Shown piece after piece: positions 38,761-48,169 of a DNA stretch of 64,000 bases (within the stretch, counting starts at the first letter, position 1; every line of letters begins with the position of its first letter). The stretch is from Bacilli bacterium (GTDB lineage Bacteria > Bacillota_I > Bacilli_A > RF39 > UBA660). The position numbers and the translations under genes are program-made. The notes under the pieces are model-generated. The model had not been told where the DNA came from, made no database searches, and saw only the letters and a list, made by a program, of their open reading frames with translations. The stretch is taken from positions 148-64,147 of the forward strand of contig JAFRQS010000032.1 of assembly GCA_017428495.1 (NCBI GenBank), written 5' to 3'.

Positions 38761-40020
38761 ATAGTTGAATTATTAGCAGTAATAGTAATATTAGCAATAA
38801 TATTAATAATAGCTGTACCACAGATAATGAATGCAATAAAAATAGCTAAATTAAAGAGTATAGAAGGTAGTGCAAGATTAATAGCAAAGAATGCAGAAGA
38901 AGATTATTATTCACAAAAATTGATAAATAAAAGATATAATGCAACAAGTATACCATGCTCTGATGTGGCAAAATTAAGCGATGATTATTCGAGTTGTAGT
39001 ATTACATATGATAATAGTGGAACGGCAACAGTAACATTAAAGGGAGCATCAGGTGGTAAGTTTGATAAAATTAAATGTACAGGGACAAAAGCTAATATAA
39101 ATTGTAGTGAAATAACACCACTTCCAGGATACACTGATGCAGTAGAATTATTAACATCTAAAATAGGAACAGGTGGTCTAATAAAAGATGATCATGATGA
39201 ATTAAGATATCAAGGAGAGACAGTAGATAATTATGTAACATTTAATGATGAAGTAGCAAAATGGAGAATAGTAGGATTATTTAACGTTGATGGAGAACAA
39301 AGAGTAAAATTGGTAAGAAAAGATTCAATATGGAATAATTACTCATGGGATACAAGTGATTCATCTGTAAATAGGGGAGAAGGAATAAATCAATGGGGAC
39401 CATCAGGAACATATGAAGGTGCAGATTTAATGAGAGAACTAAATGGAGATTATTTGAATTCAACACTATCAGTAGATGCAAATTGGTATGATGGATCGAA
39501 TAACTCATTAGGAAGTGAAAATTTCGATAAGAATTATGTATTAAAAGAGAGCGCACAAGAACTAATAGGAGATGCAACATGGTTCTTAGGCGGAGTAGCA
39601 TATAATAGTACAGTAACACTAGCAGATGCATATATTCAAGAAAGAGGAGAACAAGGAAAGATGTGTACACAAGGTGCAACATATTGTAATGATACAGTAA
39701 CTAGAACATACACATGGACTGGTAAAGTAGGATTAATATATTCAAGTGACTATGGGTATGCATCAGGAAATAGTAACTGTGCAACAAACATAGCATCGTA
39801 TAATCCGTATTGTGATACAAATTGGATGGGTGATTATGGATGGACAATTTCTCCTCAGCGTGACTCTAGCAGTGCCTTCTATGTGTGGAATGCGGATTCT
39901 CTTATGTACGGCGTCGAAGCATCCGTTCCTTGTCCCGTTCACCCATCAGTATATTTGATTTCAGGAGTTCAAATGAAAGGCTCTGGTACAACTGCTGATC
40001 CATATGTTTTTGCAGAATAA
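38737..40020 (+). CDS. Type IV pilin-like protein with C-terminal DUF6273/CLec-like domain
   Basis: KA-FTIVELLAVIVIL prepilin motif; WRIVG, VGLIYSSDY, WTISP, VHPSVYL..GSGT..DPY. Confidence 0.82.
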   Translation: MKNRKAFTIVELLAVIVILAIILIIAVPQIMNAIKIAKLKSIEGSARLIAKNAEEDYYSQKLINKRYNATSIPCSDVAKLSDDYSSCSITYDNSGTATVTLKGASGGKFDKIKCTGTKANINCSEITPLPGYTDAVELLTSKIGTGGLIKDDHDELRYQGETVDNYVTFNDEVAKWRIVGLFNVDGEQRVKLVRKDSIWNNYSWDTSDSSVNRGEGINQWGPSGTYEGADLMRELNGDYLNSTLSVDANWYDGSNNSLGSENFDKNYVLKESAQELIGDATWFLGGVAYNSTVTLADAYIQERGEQGKMCTQGATYCNDTVTRTYTWTGKVGLIYSSDYGYASGNSNCATNIASYNPYCDTNWMGDYGWTISPQRDSSSAFYVWNADSLMYGVEASVPCPVHPSVYLISGVQMKGSGTTADPYVFAE

Positions 40021-40050
40021 ACAGGTTTATTCCTGTTTTTATTTACAAAA

Positions 40051-40217
40051 ATATGATAATTTAGAACTAATATCAAAAGAATTATTAAATATAAAATAAA
40101 AAACACAAATAAATTATATTTGTGTTTTTATTATTAATAATTGAGAAAATGAGGTTTTAATAGTATAATAAAAATATAAGATAGGAGTGTATTATGAAAA
40201 ATAGAAAAGGATTTACA
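40051..40217 (+). repeat. Direct repeat copy 2
   Basis: Near-identical to 38596-38760, includes a copy of the last 49 nt of the upstream kinase gene. Confidence 0.9.
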
Positions 40218-40994
40218 TTAGTAGAATTATTAGCAGTAATAACAATATTATCAGTAATACTTATAATAGCGGTACCACAGATAATGAATACAATTAAAGT
40301 TTCAAAATTAGGGGCAATGGAAAGCAGTGCAAAAATAATAGCAAAAGATGCAGAAAAGAAATATTATATGAAGAAAATGGAAGATAAAAACTATGTGGCT
40401 GCTGGAATACCATGTACAGATATAACTAAAATGAGTAGTGATTATGGAAGTTGCACAATATCATATTCTAATAATGGAATAGCAACAGTAACATTAAAAG
40501 GTGCAACTGGTGGTAAATTTGATGGAATAACTTGTACAGGTACAAAAAATAATATGAGTTGTGTTGAAAGAGTTCCAGGTCCTCCAGTGTGGATATATGC
40601 ATATGGTAATATAACATCAGTAGATCAAGGAGTAGAAAATTATGCAGATTTAGATAAACAAATTTTTATAAGATTTAACAAAAATGATTTGAGTGAAAAA
40701 AATATATGTATAATGTATAAAAGTGCAGAAAGAAGTGGTGAACCTGCTTGTTTGGTATCTAAAGATACATATAATACAAGAAATAATGAAAATTCAGAAT
40801 GGAGTCAAATAGAAGCATTATTTGGTTCAAGTAACTGCGTTGAAGAAGTAAATTCTATAAGATGCTATGTTAGTTTACCAGAGTATTGGCAGTGTATTAC
40901 ATCTAGTAATAGTACAAGTTGTACCTTACTAAATCAAAATACAGAAGAAGAATGTAGTTTGAAATCTGATGGCACTGTTAGTTGTATTCAATAA
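40194..40994 (+). CDS. Type IV pilin-like protein with Cys-rich C-terminal domain
   Basis: KG-FTLVELLAVITIL prepilin motif; first ~125 aa homologous to 38737 gene, C-terminus unrelated to it. Confidence 0.85.
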   Translation: MKNRKGFTLVELLAVITILSVILIIAVPQIMNTIKVSKLGAMESSAKIIAKDAEKKYYMKKMEDKNYVAAGIPCTDITKMSSDYGSCTISYSNNGIATVTLKGATGGKFDGITCTGTKNNMSCVERVPGPPVWIYAYGNITSVDQGVENYADLDKQIFIRFNKNDLSEKNICIMYKSAERSGEPACLVSKDTYNTRNNENSEWSQIEALFGSSNCVEEVNSIRCYVSLPEYWQCITSSNSTSCTLLNQNTEEECSLKSDGTVSCIQ

Positions 40995-41002
40995 AATAAA
41001 TT

Positions 41003-41030
41003 AAAATAGGAACAATGTTCCTATTTTTTT
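41003..41030. terminator. Bidirectional intrinsic terminator
   Basis: aaaataggaac-aat-gttcctatttt between convergent pilin and LysR genes. Confidence 0.75.
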
Positions 41031-41890
41031 ATTAATCCATTTAAGAAATATGATATTGCTATGCTATGATATTTATTATTGTTTGTAAGAGCTACTAATT
41101 CTGATTTAGGTAGTTCTTCTTTTACTTTTATTTCATGTATTCCATCTATGTTTCTACCAAATTCTCTTATAACCATTCCAATTCCAACTCCTGCTTTAAC
41201 AAAGTCTATTATGAAAGAATTTGATACTACGCTTAAGAAGTTATTAAGTTTATGGTTTTGATAGAATTTATTTATTTCTGTAGTATTAACATTTATTATA
41301 AAGTTCTTATCTTTAATATCATGTACACTTATTGTCTTATCTAATTTATCCATATAATCATCACTACAGAATAATCCATATGTTAAATCCTCTATTTTAT
41401 ATCTAGTTATATTTGAATATTTATTAACATAGTTATAACTTGAAATTATTATTGCTATATCTATTGCGCCTTCTTTTATCTTTGTAATTAAGTTATTGTT
41501 TGTGTTATCTTCTACATATACGTGTACATTTGGATGCTCTTTTGTATATTTTTTTATATACTCAATTAAAAACATTCTAAGTACTGTTATAGATGTACCA
41601 ATTCTTATATTCATTTTACCATCACTGATTATTTCATCCATAACATTTTTTGTTTCGTCTAATTGAAGCATAAGTGGTTTTACATATGCATAGAGTCTTT
41701 CTCCTTCTGTTGTAAGCTTAATACCACTATGGCTTCTGTTAAATAGGCTACTTCCAATTTCGTTTTCTAATATTTTTATTGTTTTTGTAATAGCAGGTTG
41801 CGAAATTAATAATTTTTCAGCAGCTTCTGTGATGCTTTTACTTTCTGCTACTATGCAAAAAGTTTTATAGTATTCAAAACTTATATTCAT
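41021..41890 (-). CDS. LysR family transcriptional regulator
   Basis: SITEAAEKLLISQPAITKTIKILE..LFNR..LTTEG HTH motif, 289 aa. Confidence 0.95.
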   Translation of the reverse strand: MNISFEYYKTFCIVAESKSITEAAEKLLISQPAITKTIKILENEIGSSLFNRSHSGIKLTTEGERLYAYVKPLMLQLDETKNVMDEIISDGKMNIRIGTSITVLRMFLIEYIKKYTKEHPNVHVYVEDNTNNNLITKIKEGAIDIAIIISSYNYVNKYSNITRYKIEDLTYGLFCSDDYMDKLDKTISVHDIKDKNFIINVNTTEINKFYQNHKLNNFLSVVSNSFIIDFVKAGVGIGMVIREFGRNIDGIHEIKVKEELPKSELVALTNNNKYHSIAISYFLNGLIKK

Positions 41891-41943
41891 ACTACCACCT
41901 CAATTTTTATTATATACATATAATTTTAATTGTCAACAGAAAT

Positions 41944-41958
41944 ATAACTAAAAGTTAT
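41944..41958. promoter_or_regulatory. LysR recognition site
   Basis: ATAAC-N5-GTTAT dyad containing T-N11-A in the divergent intergenic region. Confidence 0.7.
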
Positions 41959-42033
41959 GGATACATAAAAAATATGTATTTTTAATTTCAAAAATCATCA
42001 GGTATTATGTAAGTAGAGAGGTGATATGCGCGT

Positions 42034-42858
42034 ATGATAGACTTACATATTCATTCAAAATTTTCAGATGGTGATAAAACAATTCCAGAGCTTATAGATA
42101 TGCTTAAAAGAAAAAAAGTTGAATTATTCTCCATAACTGATCATGATAGTGTTGATAGCTTGAAAGTGCTCGAAAATATTCCAAACATTACTTATATACC
42201 AGGAGTAGAGATGAGTGCTGTAAGCGATGGTGTTAAGATGCATATCCTCGGATATGGTATAGATGATAATTCAAAGTTAAAATCTACATGTGAAATTATA
42301 AAGAAAACCAGAAAAGAACTTGTACTTGAAATATTAGAAGATTTAATAAAAAGGGGTTATAAATTTAGTGAAGAAGATCTAAGTTATTTCTATAATAGTG
42401 AAAGTTCTTGTATTGGAAAAGTAGAAATATCAAAGTTTTTAGTAAAAAATGGTTATGCTCTTAGTGTCAAAGATGCATTTTATGAAATATTAGGTAGATA
42501 TAAAATAGGACCTAGGATAAGGAAAAATGCTGAACAAATAATTGATGAGATACATGAAAAAGATGGTTTAGCAATACTTGCGCATCCTTTTGAAATAGTA
42601 AGAAAGCAAGGTGTAGAAATAGCACCAGTAATTGATGAACTTGAATATTATGGCTTAGATGGTGTAGAGGTTTTTACTACTAAACATAATAAAGAAGAAG
42701 AAAAGTATATGTATGATTTGTGTAGAAATAGGGGATTATTGATAAGTGGTGGTAGTGATTATCATGGACCACTTACTAAGCCTAACATACAAATTTGTGA
42801 TAGTGTGAAAGGGGATGAAATTAGTGAAAAGATTAAGAAAAAAAGAATTAAACATTAA
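42034..42858 (+). CDS. PHP-family phosphoesterase (TrpH/YciV-like)
   Basis: DLHIHSKFSDG, ITDHD, GVEMS, LAHP, GGSDYHG. Confidence 0.9.
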   Translation: MIDLHIHSKFSDGDKTIPELIDMLKRKKVELFSITDHDSVDSLKVLENIPNITYIPGVEMSAVSDGVKMHILGYGIDDNSKLKSTCEIIKKTRKELVLEILEDLIKRGYKFSEEDLSYFYNSESSCIGKVEISKFLVKNGYALSVKDAFYEILGRYKIGPRIRKNAEQIIDEIHEKDGLAILAHPFEIVRKQGVEIAPVIDELEYYGLDGVEVFTTKHNKEEEKYMYDLCRNRGLLISGGSDYHGPLTKPNIQICDSVKGDEISEKIKKKRIKH

Positions 42859-43861
42859 TGGAGTTCTCTTTAATATATATACAGAGGATGTTGAGGAAGT
42901 AGAGAAATATTTTAGTAATTTTATAATTACATGTAATGAAAAGGTAACTGCTACTTATAATATTTATTTTGATAGTGATAAAGATATATTATTATCTTTG
43001 ATAAGTAATTTTGATAAATCTAAGTCAGTAGTATTGCCTACGTTTAAAAATCAAATTCATTATAAAAATGGTAATAAGTTTTTAATAGATACAGAAGAAT
43101 ATATGTGTATTAAAACTAATGATAAGAATTATAAAATATTTGGTACAGTAAAAGGTTTAAGTTGGGTTGTAAGAGAATTATTAATAAGAGAAATGGAAGA
43201 TAAAGGATACTTTTATATGCATGGTACAGGTATTGAAGTGTTTGATAAAGGAATATTGCTATTAGGTAATTCTGGTAGTGGTAAAACAACTTTTATGACC
43301 AAGTTAAGTGAATTAGATACTAAAGAAAAATTTATATCTAATGATAGGGTATTTGTAAAAAATAGAATGATGCATTATTATCCACTTCCAATTATATATG
43401 CAATGGGAACTGCGAGAGCAAATAGAAATTTAGATGAATATTTTAGAAGAACTCAAGCATTAGAAAAAAGAAGGGGAAAAGATTATACTACTTGTGGAGA
43501 TGGTGCTAAGTGTGATGTGCCATTAAAAGATATTCCAAGAATATTTCCAAATATAGAAAATGTGGATAAGAGTAAAATTGATTTGATTGTATTCCCTAGA
43601 ATAACTGATAGAGAAAGGTTTGAATACTTAAGTAGTGAGGATGCAATAAGAAGATTAAGTGAAACTAATTTTACTCCAAATGATAGTGAAAATGAAAGAA
43701 AAGAATGGTTAAGATATAGAACAGTACCTATAGAAGAAATAGAAAGAAAGAAAAAAGAATTTCATCAAGAATTGATAAGTCATATTCCAATTATAGAAGT
43801 TGAATATACTAGGGATACTAGTAGTTCATATTTAGAAAAGGTATTAAAGAAGACTTTATGA
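42815..43861 (+). CDS. HPr-kinase-like P-loop kinase
   Basis: MHGTGIEV..GILLLGNSGSGKTT and ISNDRV, the H..G-Walker A..DD-like layout of HprK-related kinases. Confidence 0.7.
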   Translation: MKLVKRLRKKELNINGVLFNIYTEDVEEVEKYFSNFIITCNEKVTATYNIYFDSDKDILLSLISNFDKSKSVVLPTFKNQIHYKNGNKFLIDTEEYMCIKTNDKNYKIFGTVKGLSWVVRELLIREMEDKGYFYMHGTGIEVFDKGILLLGNSGSGKTTFMTKLSELDTKEKFISNDRVFVKNRMMHYYPLPIIYAMGTARANRNLDEYFRRTQALEKRRGKDYTTCGDGAKCDVPLKDIPRIFPNIENVDKSKIDLIVFPRITDRERFEYLSSEDAIRRLSETNFTPNDSENERKEWLRYRTVPIEEIERKKKEFHQELISHIPIIEVEYTRDTSSSYLEKVLKKTL

Positions 43862-44568
43862 TAAGTGTCATTACAGATGAAGTATCAAGTGATATTGATT
43901 CTTTAATAAAAATATTAAAAGATACAAAATTGGAATATGTAGAATTAAGAAAAATAAATGATAAATACTTGTTTGAAATAGATGCTGGTGAATTAAAACT
44001 AATAAGTAAGAAATTTGAATTGAATAATTATAAAATTTCATTAATAGATAGTCCTATTGGTAAACATAAATATAGTTATGATAAAGAAGATAAATTAATT
44101 ATTAAATATATAAATATTTGTAAGATATTTAAATGTAAATATTTGAGAATATTTACAGATGTTTGTGATTTAAAAAAATATAATGATATAGCAAAAGAAA
44201 ACAATATAATTTTATTAATTGAGAATGAAAAGGGTACAAAAGGTGAAAGTTATATATATTTAAAAGAATTAATGAATAAAAAGTATAGCAATATAAAATT
44301 ATTATATGATGCTGAAAATTATTATAGTTTAAATTTAGATTATATAGAAGCTTTGAGAGTGTTAAAAAATGATATAGTTTATATTCATTTAAGAGATGTT
44401 AAAGATAGTAAATTTGTTTATTTATATGATGGTGATATAGATATAGACAAGATATTAAGTATGATTGATAAAGATACAATAGTATCTTTAGAAACACATT
44501 TACCAATGTGTAGTGATTTAGAAAAAGAAGTTTTATTTAAAGAGAGTATGAGGAGGATTTATGAATAA
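43858..44568 (+). CDS. Sugar phosphate isomerase/epimerase (xylose-isomerase-like TIM barrel)
   Basis: ITDEVS, VELR, SPIGK, LIENE, YDAEN, IHLRD, SLETH. Confidence 0.8.
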   Translation: MISVITDEVSSDIDSLIKILKDTKLEYVELRKINDKYLFEIDAGELKLISKKFELNNYKISLIDSPIGKHKYSYDKEDKLIIKYINICKIFKCKYLRIFTDVCDLKKYNDIAKENNIILLIENEKGTKGESYIYLKELMNKKYSNIKLLYDAENYYSLNLDYIEALRVLKNDIVYIHLRDVKDSKFVYLYDGDIDIDKILSMIDKDTIVSLETHLPMCSDLEKEVLFKESMRRIYE

Positions 44569-45976
44569 GAATTTTTATGGAAATATAGATGATTTAAAAA
44601 AGAAATTAGATGGTTTAAAAGTTAGTTATAAGATTAAAGGGGATAAAATAATAATAGGTGATGGATATATTAAATTTAAAGAAAAAGAGTTACCTATAAG
44701 AAGTTTTTCTGTTACTAGATTTGCAGATCCAGGATTAGAACTTATGGCTGTAGATGTGGATTATGATTTAGTAAATAAAATATGTTTAGCATATTCAGAT
44801 TCTGAAATAGAATCTATTGTAAGAGATATGCCTGTAATAGATTGGTATAGTTCAAATCATAAGAATACATTAAATAATGTTGCTATTATTTGGAGAGATC
44901 ACTTTCTTGAAGAAAATGTAGGTTTATTAAATGGTTTTGTAAATATGGGTGTTAGACCTGAAAATATACTTGCTATCGATAAAGGAGATAGTACAAAGCA
45001 TAGATTTGAAATAACAGAAACTTTTAAGAAGATGGGATTTAATGTAAGTGTACTTGATAATACAGATGTAGATAATGAAAAGTTAATGAAAATTGGTGAA
45101 GAATTAATATTTGATTTTATTAATAAAAGAAAAGATTTAAAAGTAGTTGTATTAGATGATGGTGCTATAGTAACTAAGATATTAGATAAAATACATTTTG
45201 ATAATGTAGTAGGTGTAGTAGAGCTTACTGAAATGGGATTAAGAAGAATAAGACCAAATGAAGATAAATTATTATATCCAGTACTTAATGTTGCAAAGAC
45301 TAAATTAAAAAGGCATATTACTTATACCGAAATATCTAGCAGTATATTTACAAGAATAATAGAATTATTGGCAGGAGAAAAATTAGTAGGTAGAAGTGTA
45401 GTAATGTGTGGTTATGGGGACTTAGGCGAAATACTTGCAGATAGATTAAGAAGTTATGGAGTTAGAGTAACAGTAGTAGATGTAGATGTACTAAGACTTA
45501 TAATTGCAGCTGAAAGGGGCTTTACAACTTATAAAAACTGTTATGATGCAGTTAAAAATGAAAAACCATTTATGATAGTTGGTGCATCTGGCTATAAGAG
45601 TATTAGTGAAGATGTTATTAAAATGCTTCCTGATTATGGATATGTAACAAGTGGTGCTACTGCTGATCTTCATGCATTTAGAGATTTTGAAGCACGTGGT
45701 GAAGTATTTAAGAAAATAGATAAGTATGGAACTCAATATTATGTGTTTGATAAACATGTAGATGTATTAGGAAATGGTAGAAGTGTTAATTTATTTGATT
45801 CTGAAGCAATTCCTAATAAGAGCAATGATGTATTTAAAGCTGCTCAACTTCTTACAGTTTATAATATGATTAATAAAGAAACTCTAGAAAATAAATTGGA
45901 AGTAAATATAGTAGATGAATGGATTAGTGAATCAGGCATATTAGATAAATACTATAGTTTATATATGGAGAAATAA
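44561..45976 (+). CDS. Adenosylhomocysteinase-like (AHCY fold) NAD-binding protein
   Basis: LDDGA, VELTEMG, VLNVAKTKLK, Rossmann CGYGDLG, GNGRSVNL; divergent N-terminus. Confidence 0.75.
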   Translation: MNKNFYGNIDDLKKKLDGLKVSYKIKGDKIIIGDGYIKFKEKELPIRSFSVTRFADPGLELMAVDVDYDLVNKICLAYSDSEIESIVRDMPVIDWYSSNHKNTLNNVAIIWRDHFLEENVGLLNGFVNMGVRPENILAIDKGDSTKHRFEITETFKKMGFNVSVLDNTDVDNEKLMKIGEELIFDFINKRKDLKVVVLDDGAIVTKILDKIHFDNVVGVVELTEMGLRRIRPNEDKLLYPVLNVAKTKLKRHITYTEISSSIFTRIIELLAGEKLVGRSVVMCGYGDLGEILADRLRSYGVRVTVVDVDVLRLIIAAERGFTTYKNCYDAVKNEKPFMIVGASGYKSISEDVIKMLPDYGYVTSGATADLHAFRDFEARGEVFKKIDKYGTQYYVFDKHVDVLGNGRSVNLFDSEAIPNKSNDVFKAAQLLTVYNMINKETLENKLEVNIVDEWISESGILDKYYSLYMEK

Positions 45977-47424
45977 TGAAAGATTTTCATATTCATCTTA
46001 AAAAAGGTGTAACTGATTATGATGTGATGAAACAGTATATAGATAGGTGCATAGAACTTGGAATAGATGAAGTAATATTCCTAGATCATGGTAACAGAAC
46101 ATCACCAAATCATAAGCCAGTATTAAATAACAAAAAAATAATAAAAGAGTTTCTAAAGTTAATAGATAGAGCAAGAAGTGAATATAAAAATATAACTATA
46201 CATAGTGGTATAGAAACAGATTACTTTCCAGATAAAGAAAAACAAGATAATGAAATAGAACTTATGAATAGTGGATTTGATTATGTGGTATCTAGTGTAC
46301 ATGGAGTTAAATATCTTAATTTAGATGATACAGGATACTATAAAGCAATGTTAGATACAGTAAAAAAATATCCACTTAATATACTTGCTCATTTAAAATT
46401 ATATGATGATTATAAAGAACATGATAAAATTATTAATCAAATATTAAAAGAGTGTAAAAAGAAAAATGTAATGATGGAAATAAATACTAGTGATAGAAGT
46501 ATTTGGAATATAGAACAATTAAATTATATGTTAGATTTATTTAAAAAATATGATATTAAATACACAATAGGAAGTGATGCACATAAAGTAGGAGAACTAG
46601 GTGTAAACTATGATTTAATGTATTCATATTTAGATAATAAAATAAATAAAGAAGATAGAGAAATAGAGTATAACATAGTGAGTAGAGGAACGGAAAAAAG
46701 TGGTTCAAAAGGATATATGGCTATTACTAAGAAAATAAATAATTCAAGATATTTAATTGTTCAAGGCCATGAAAATAAAAATATAACTTGCTTTAAAGAT
46801 AGTTTAAAATGTTATGACAATGATATAGAAACAATTGCATTTTCAAGATTTGAGATGATTGGTGCTTTATCATTAAATAGAATTAATTTTAAAGACGATA
46901 TATTATTATGTGGATTAGGGAATATAGGAATAGGTGTATTAGTATATTTATTAGATAATAATTATAAAAATATTGATATATATACAAAGGATATTAAGCC
47001 CTATATAAAAAGCATGATAAGAAAGTTGAATAAAAGATATGATTCTAATATTAAATTAGTAGATGAAATAGAAGAACATGAAACTTATATTGATACTACT
47101 GGAGTAAGTTCTGTAATAGAAATGATTTTTAAAGATATCAAGACATTTAAAACAATATTTTTAATTGGAACTCCTAGAGAAAGTAAGTATTTTATAGATC
47201 CATTATTAATTCATAGGAATAATTTAATGGTAATTGGTGGACATGAATTAAGAGGAGTAGAAAAGACTGATAGAGTTGAATTATTTGAAAAGTTATTAAA
47301 AGTTAATAGTAGTAATGAATTAATAAAACAAATTGTTCACATCAATAGATATAAAAAGGATATATTTGAAAATATATTGAAAGAAAAAAATCATTTTATA
47401 GAGGTGGTAAAATATGACGATTAA
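45976..47424 (+). CDS. Fusion: PHP (histidinol-phosphatase-like) domain plus dehydrogenase-like Rossmann domain
   Basis: DFHIH, LDHG, GIETD, SSVH, GSDAH; C-terminal CGLGNIG, IDTTG, LIGTPR, IGGHE resembling the MDR NAD-binding half. Confidence 0.72.
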   Translation: MKDFHIHLKKGVTDYDVMKQYIDRCIELGIDEVIFLDHGNRTSPNHKPVLNNKKIIKEFLKLIDRARSEYKNITIHSGIETDYFPDKEKQDNEIELMNSGFDYVVSSVHGVKYLNLDDTGYYKAMLDTVKKYPLNILAHLKLYDDYKEHDKIINQILKECKKKNVMMEINTSDRSIWNIEQLNYMLDLFKKYDIKYTIGSDAHKVGELGVNYDLMYSYLDNKINKEDREIEYNIVSRGTEKSGSKGYMAITKKINNSRYLIVQGHENKNITCFKDSLKCYDNDIETIAFSRFEMIGALSLNRINFKDDILLCGLGNIGIGVLVYLLDNNYKNIDIYTKDIKPYIKSMIRKLNKRYDSNIKLVDEIEEHETYIDTTGVSSVIEMIFKDIKTFKTIFLIGTPRESKYFIDPLLIHRNNLMVIGGHELRGVEKTDRVELFEKLLKVNSSNELIKQIVHINRYKKDIFENILKEKNHFIEVVKYDD

Positions 47425-48169
47425 TATTAAAAATATTTTAATCAATGTAGATAGCACTTTCGATATAGTCTTTAATAGATTAAAACAATTTGAAATAAGT
47501 GATGTTAGTACTGATAATAAGATAATAATTAATGATAATTTGATAGATATATCTGTGTTAGATTATAAATTAAAGATAAAAGAAAAAATAAATACAACAG
47601 ATATATATCCAATACTTAATAATTTAATAGCGTATCTTATAAATGATGAAAATAATCTATATATTCATTCGGTAGTTATTAGCAAAAATAATAAAGGAAT
47701 TTTAGTGTTGGGAGATTTTAAAGTTGGTAAAAGTGCACTTGCTATAGAAGCACAGAATTATGGATATGAAGTTAATTCTGCAGATCAGACATGGATTAAA
47801 ACTAATGAGATGGTTCTTGGAAGTTCATTTAATAAGGATAAAAATGGGATATCATTTCTAGATAAAAAAAATGTAAATAAAAAGGTAAAATTAGAAAGAA
47901 TAATTATATTAAAGGGGATATCAACAAATGGAGAATTAAGTATCCAAAAGATAGAAAATAGAGATTATTATGTTAAGAATATATTTAGATATTCTAATTG
48001 GCATTATGATATGCCACTACTTACAAAATATATTAAGCTAAAAGATACAGGGGAAAAAATATTAAAATTTATAAATAAATTAAATATTGAAGCTTATTTC
48101 ATTTGTGGTGATGAAAGAAAAATTATGGAGGCTATTTGTGATAGAAAAGAAGGTATTAAACAAGACTAA
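47414..48169 (+). CDS. Second, divergent HPr-kinase-like protein
   Basis: IHSVVISKNNKGILVLGDFKVGKSAL and SADQT. Confidence 0.6.
   Translation: MTINIKNILINVDSTFDIVFNRLKQFEISDVSTDNKIIINDNLIDISVLDYKLKIKEKINTTDIYPILNNLIAYLINDENNLYIHSVVISKNNKGILVLGDFKVGKSALAIEAQNYGYEVNSADQTWIKTNEMVLGSSFNKDKNGISFLDKKNVNKKVKLERIIILKGISTNGELSIQKIENRDYYVKNIFRYSNWHYDMPLLTKYIKLKDTGEKILKFINKLNIEAYFICGDERKIMEAICDRKEGIKQD

Noticed and set aside
38737-41000. Complete DGR cassette in this window
   Set aside because: No reverse transcriptase, accessory gene or adenine-rich template repeat found; only a candidate target region is reported
42815-48169. Lasso-peptide or other RiPP cluster suggested by HprK-like kinases
   Set aside because: No precursor peptide, PqqD/RRE protein, lasso cyclase or peptidase is visible in the operon
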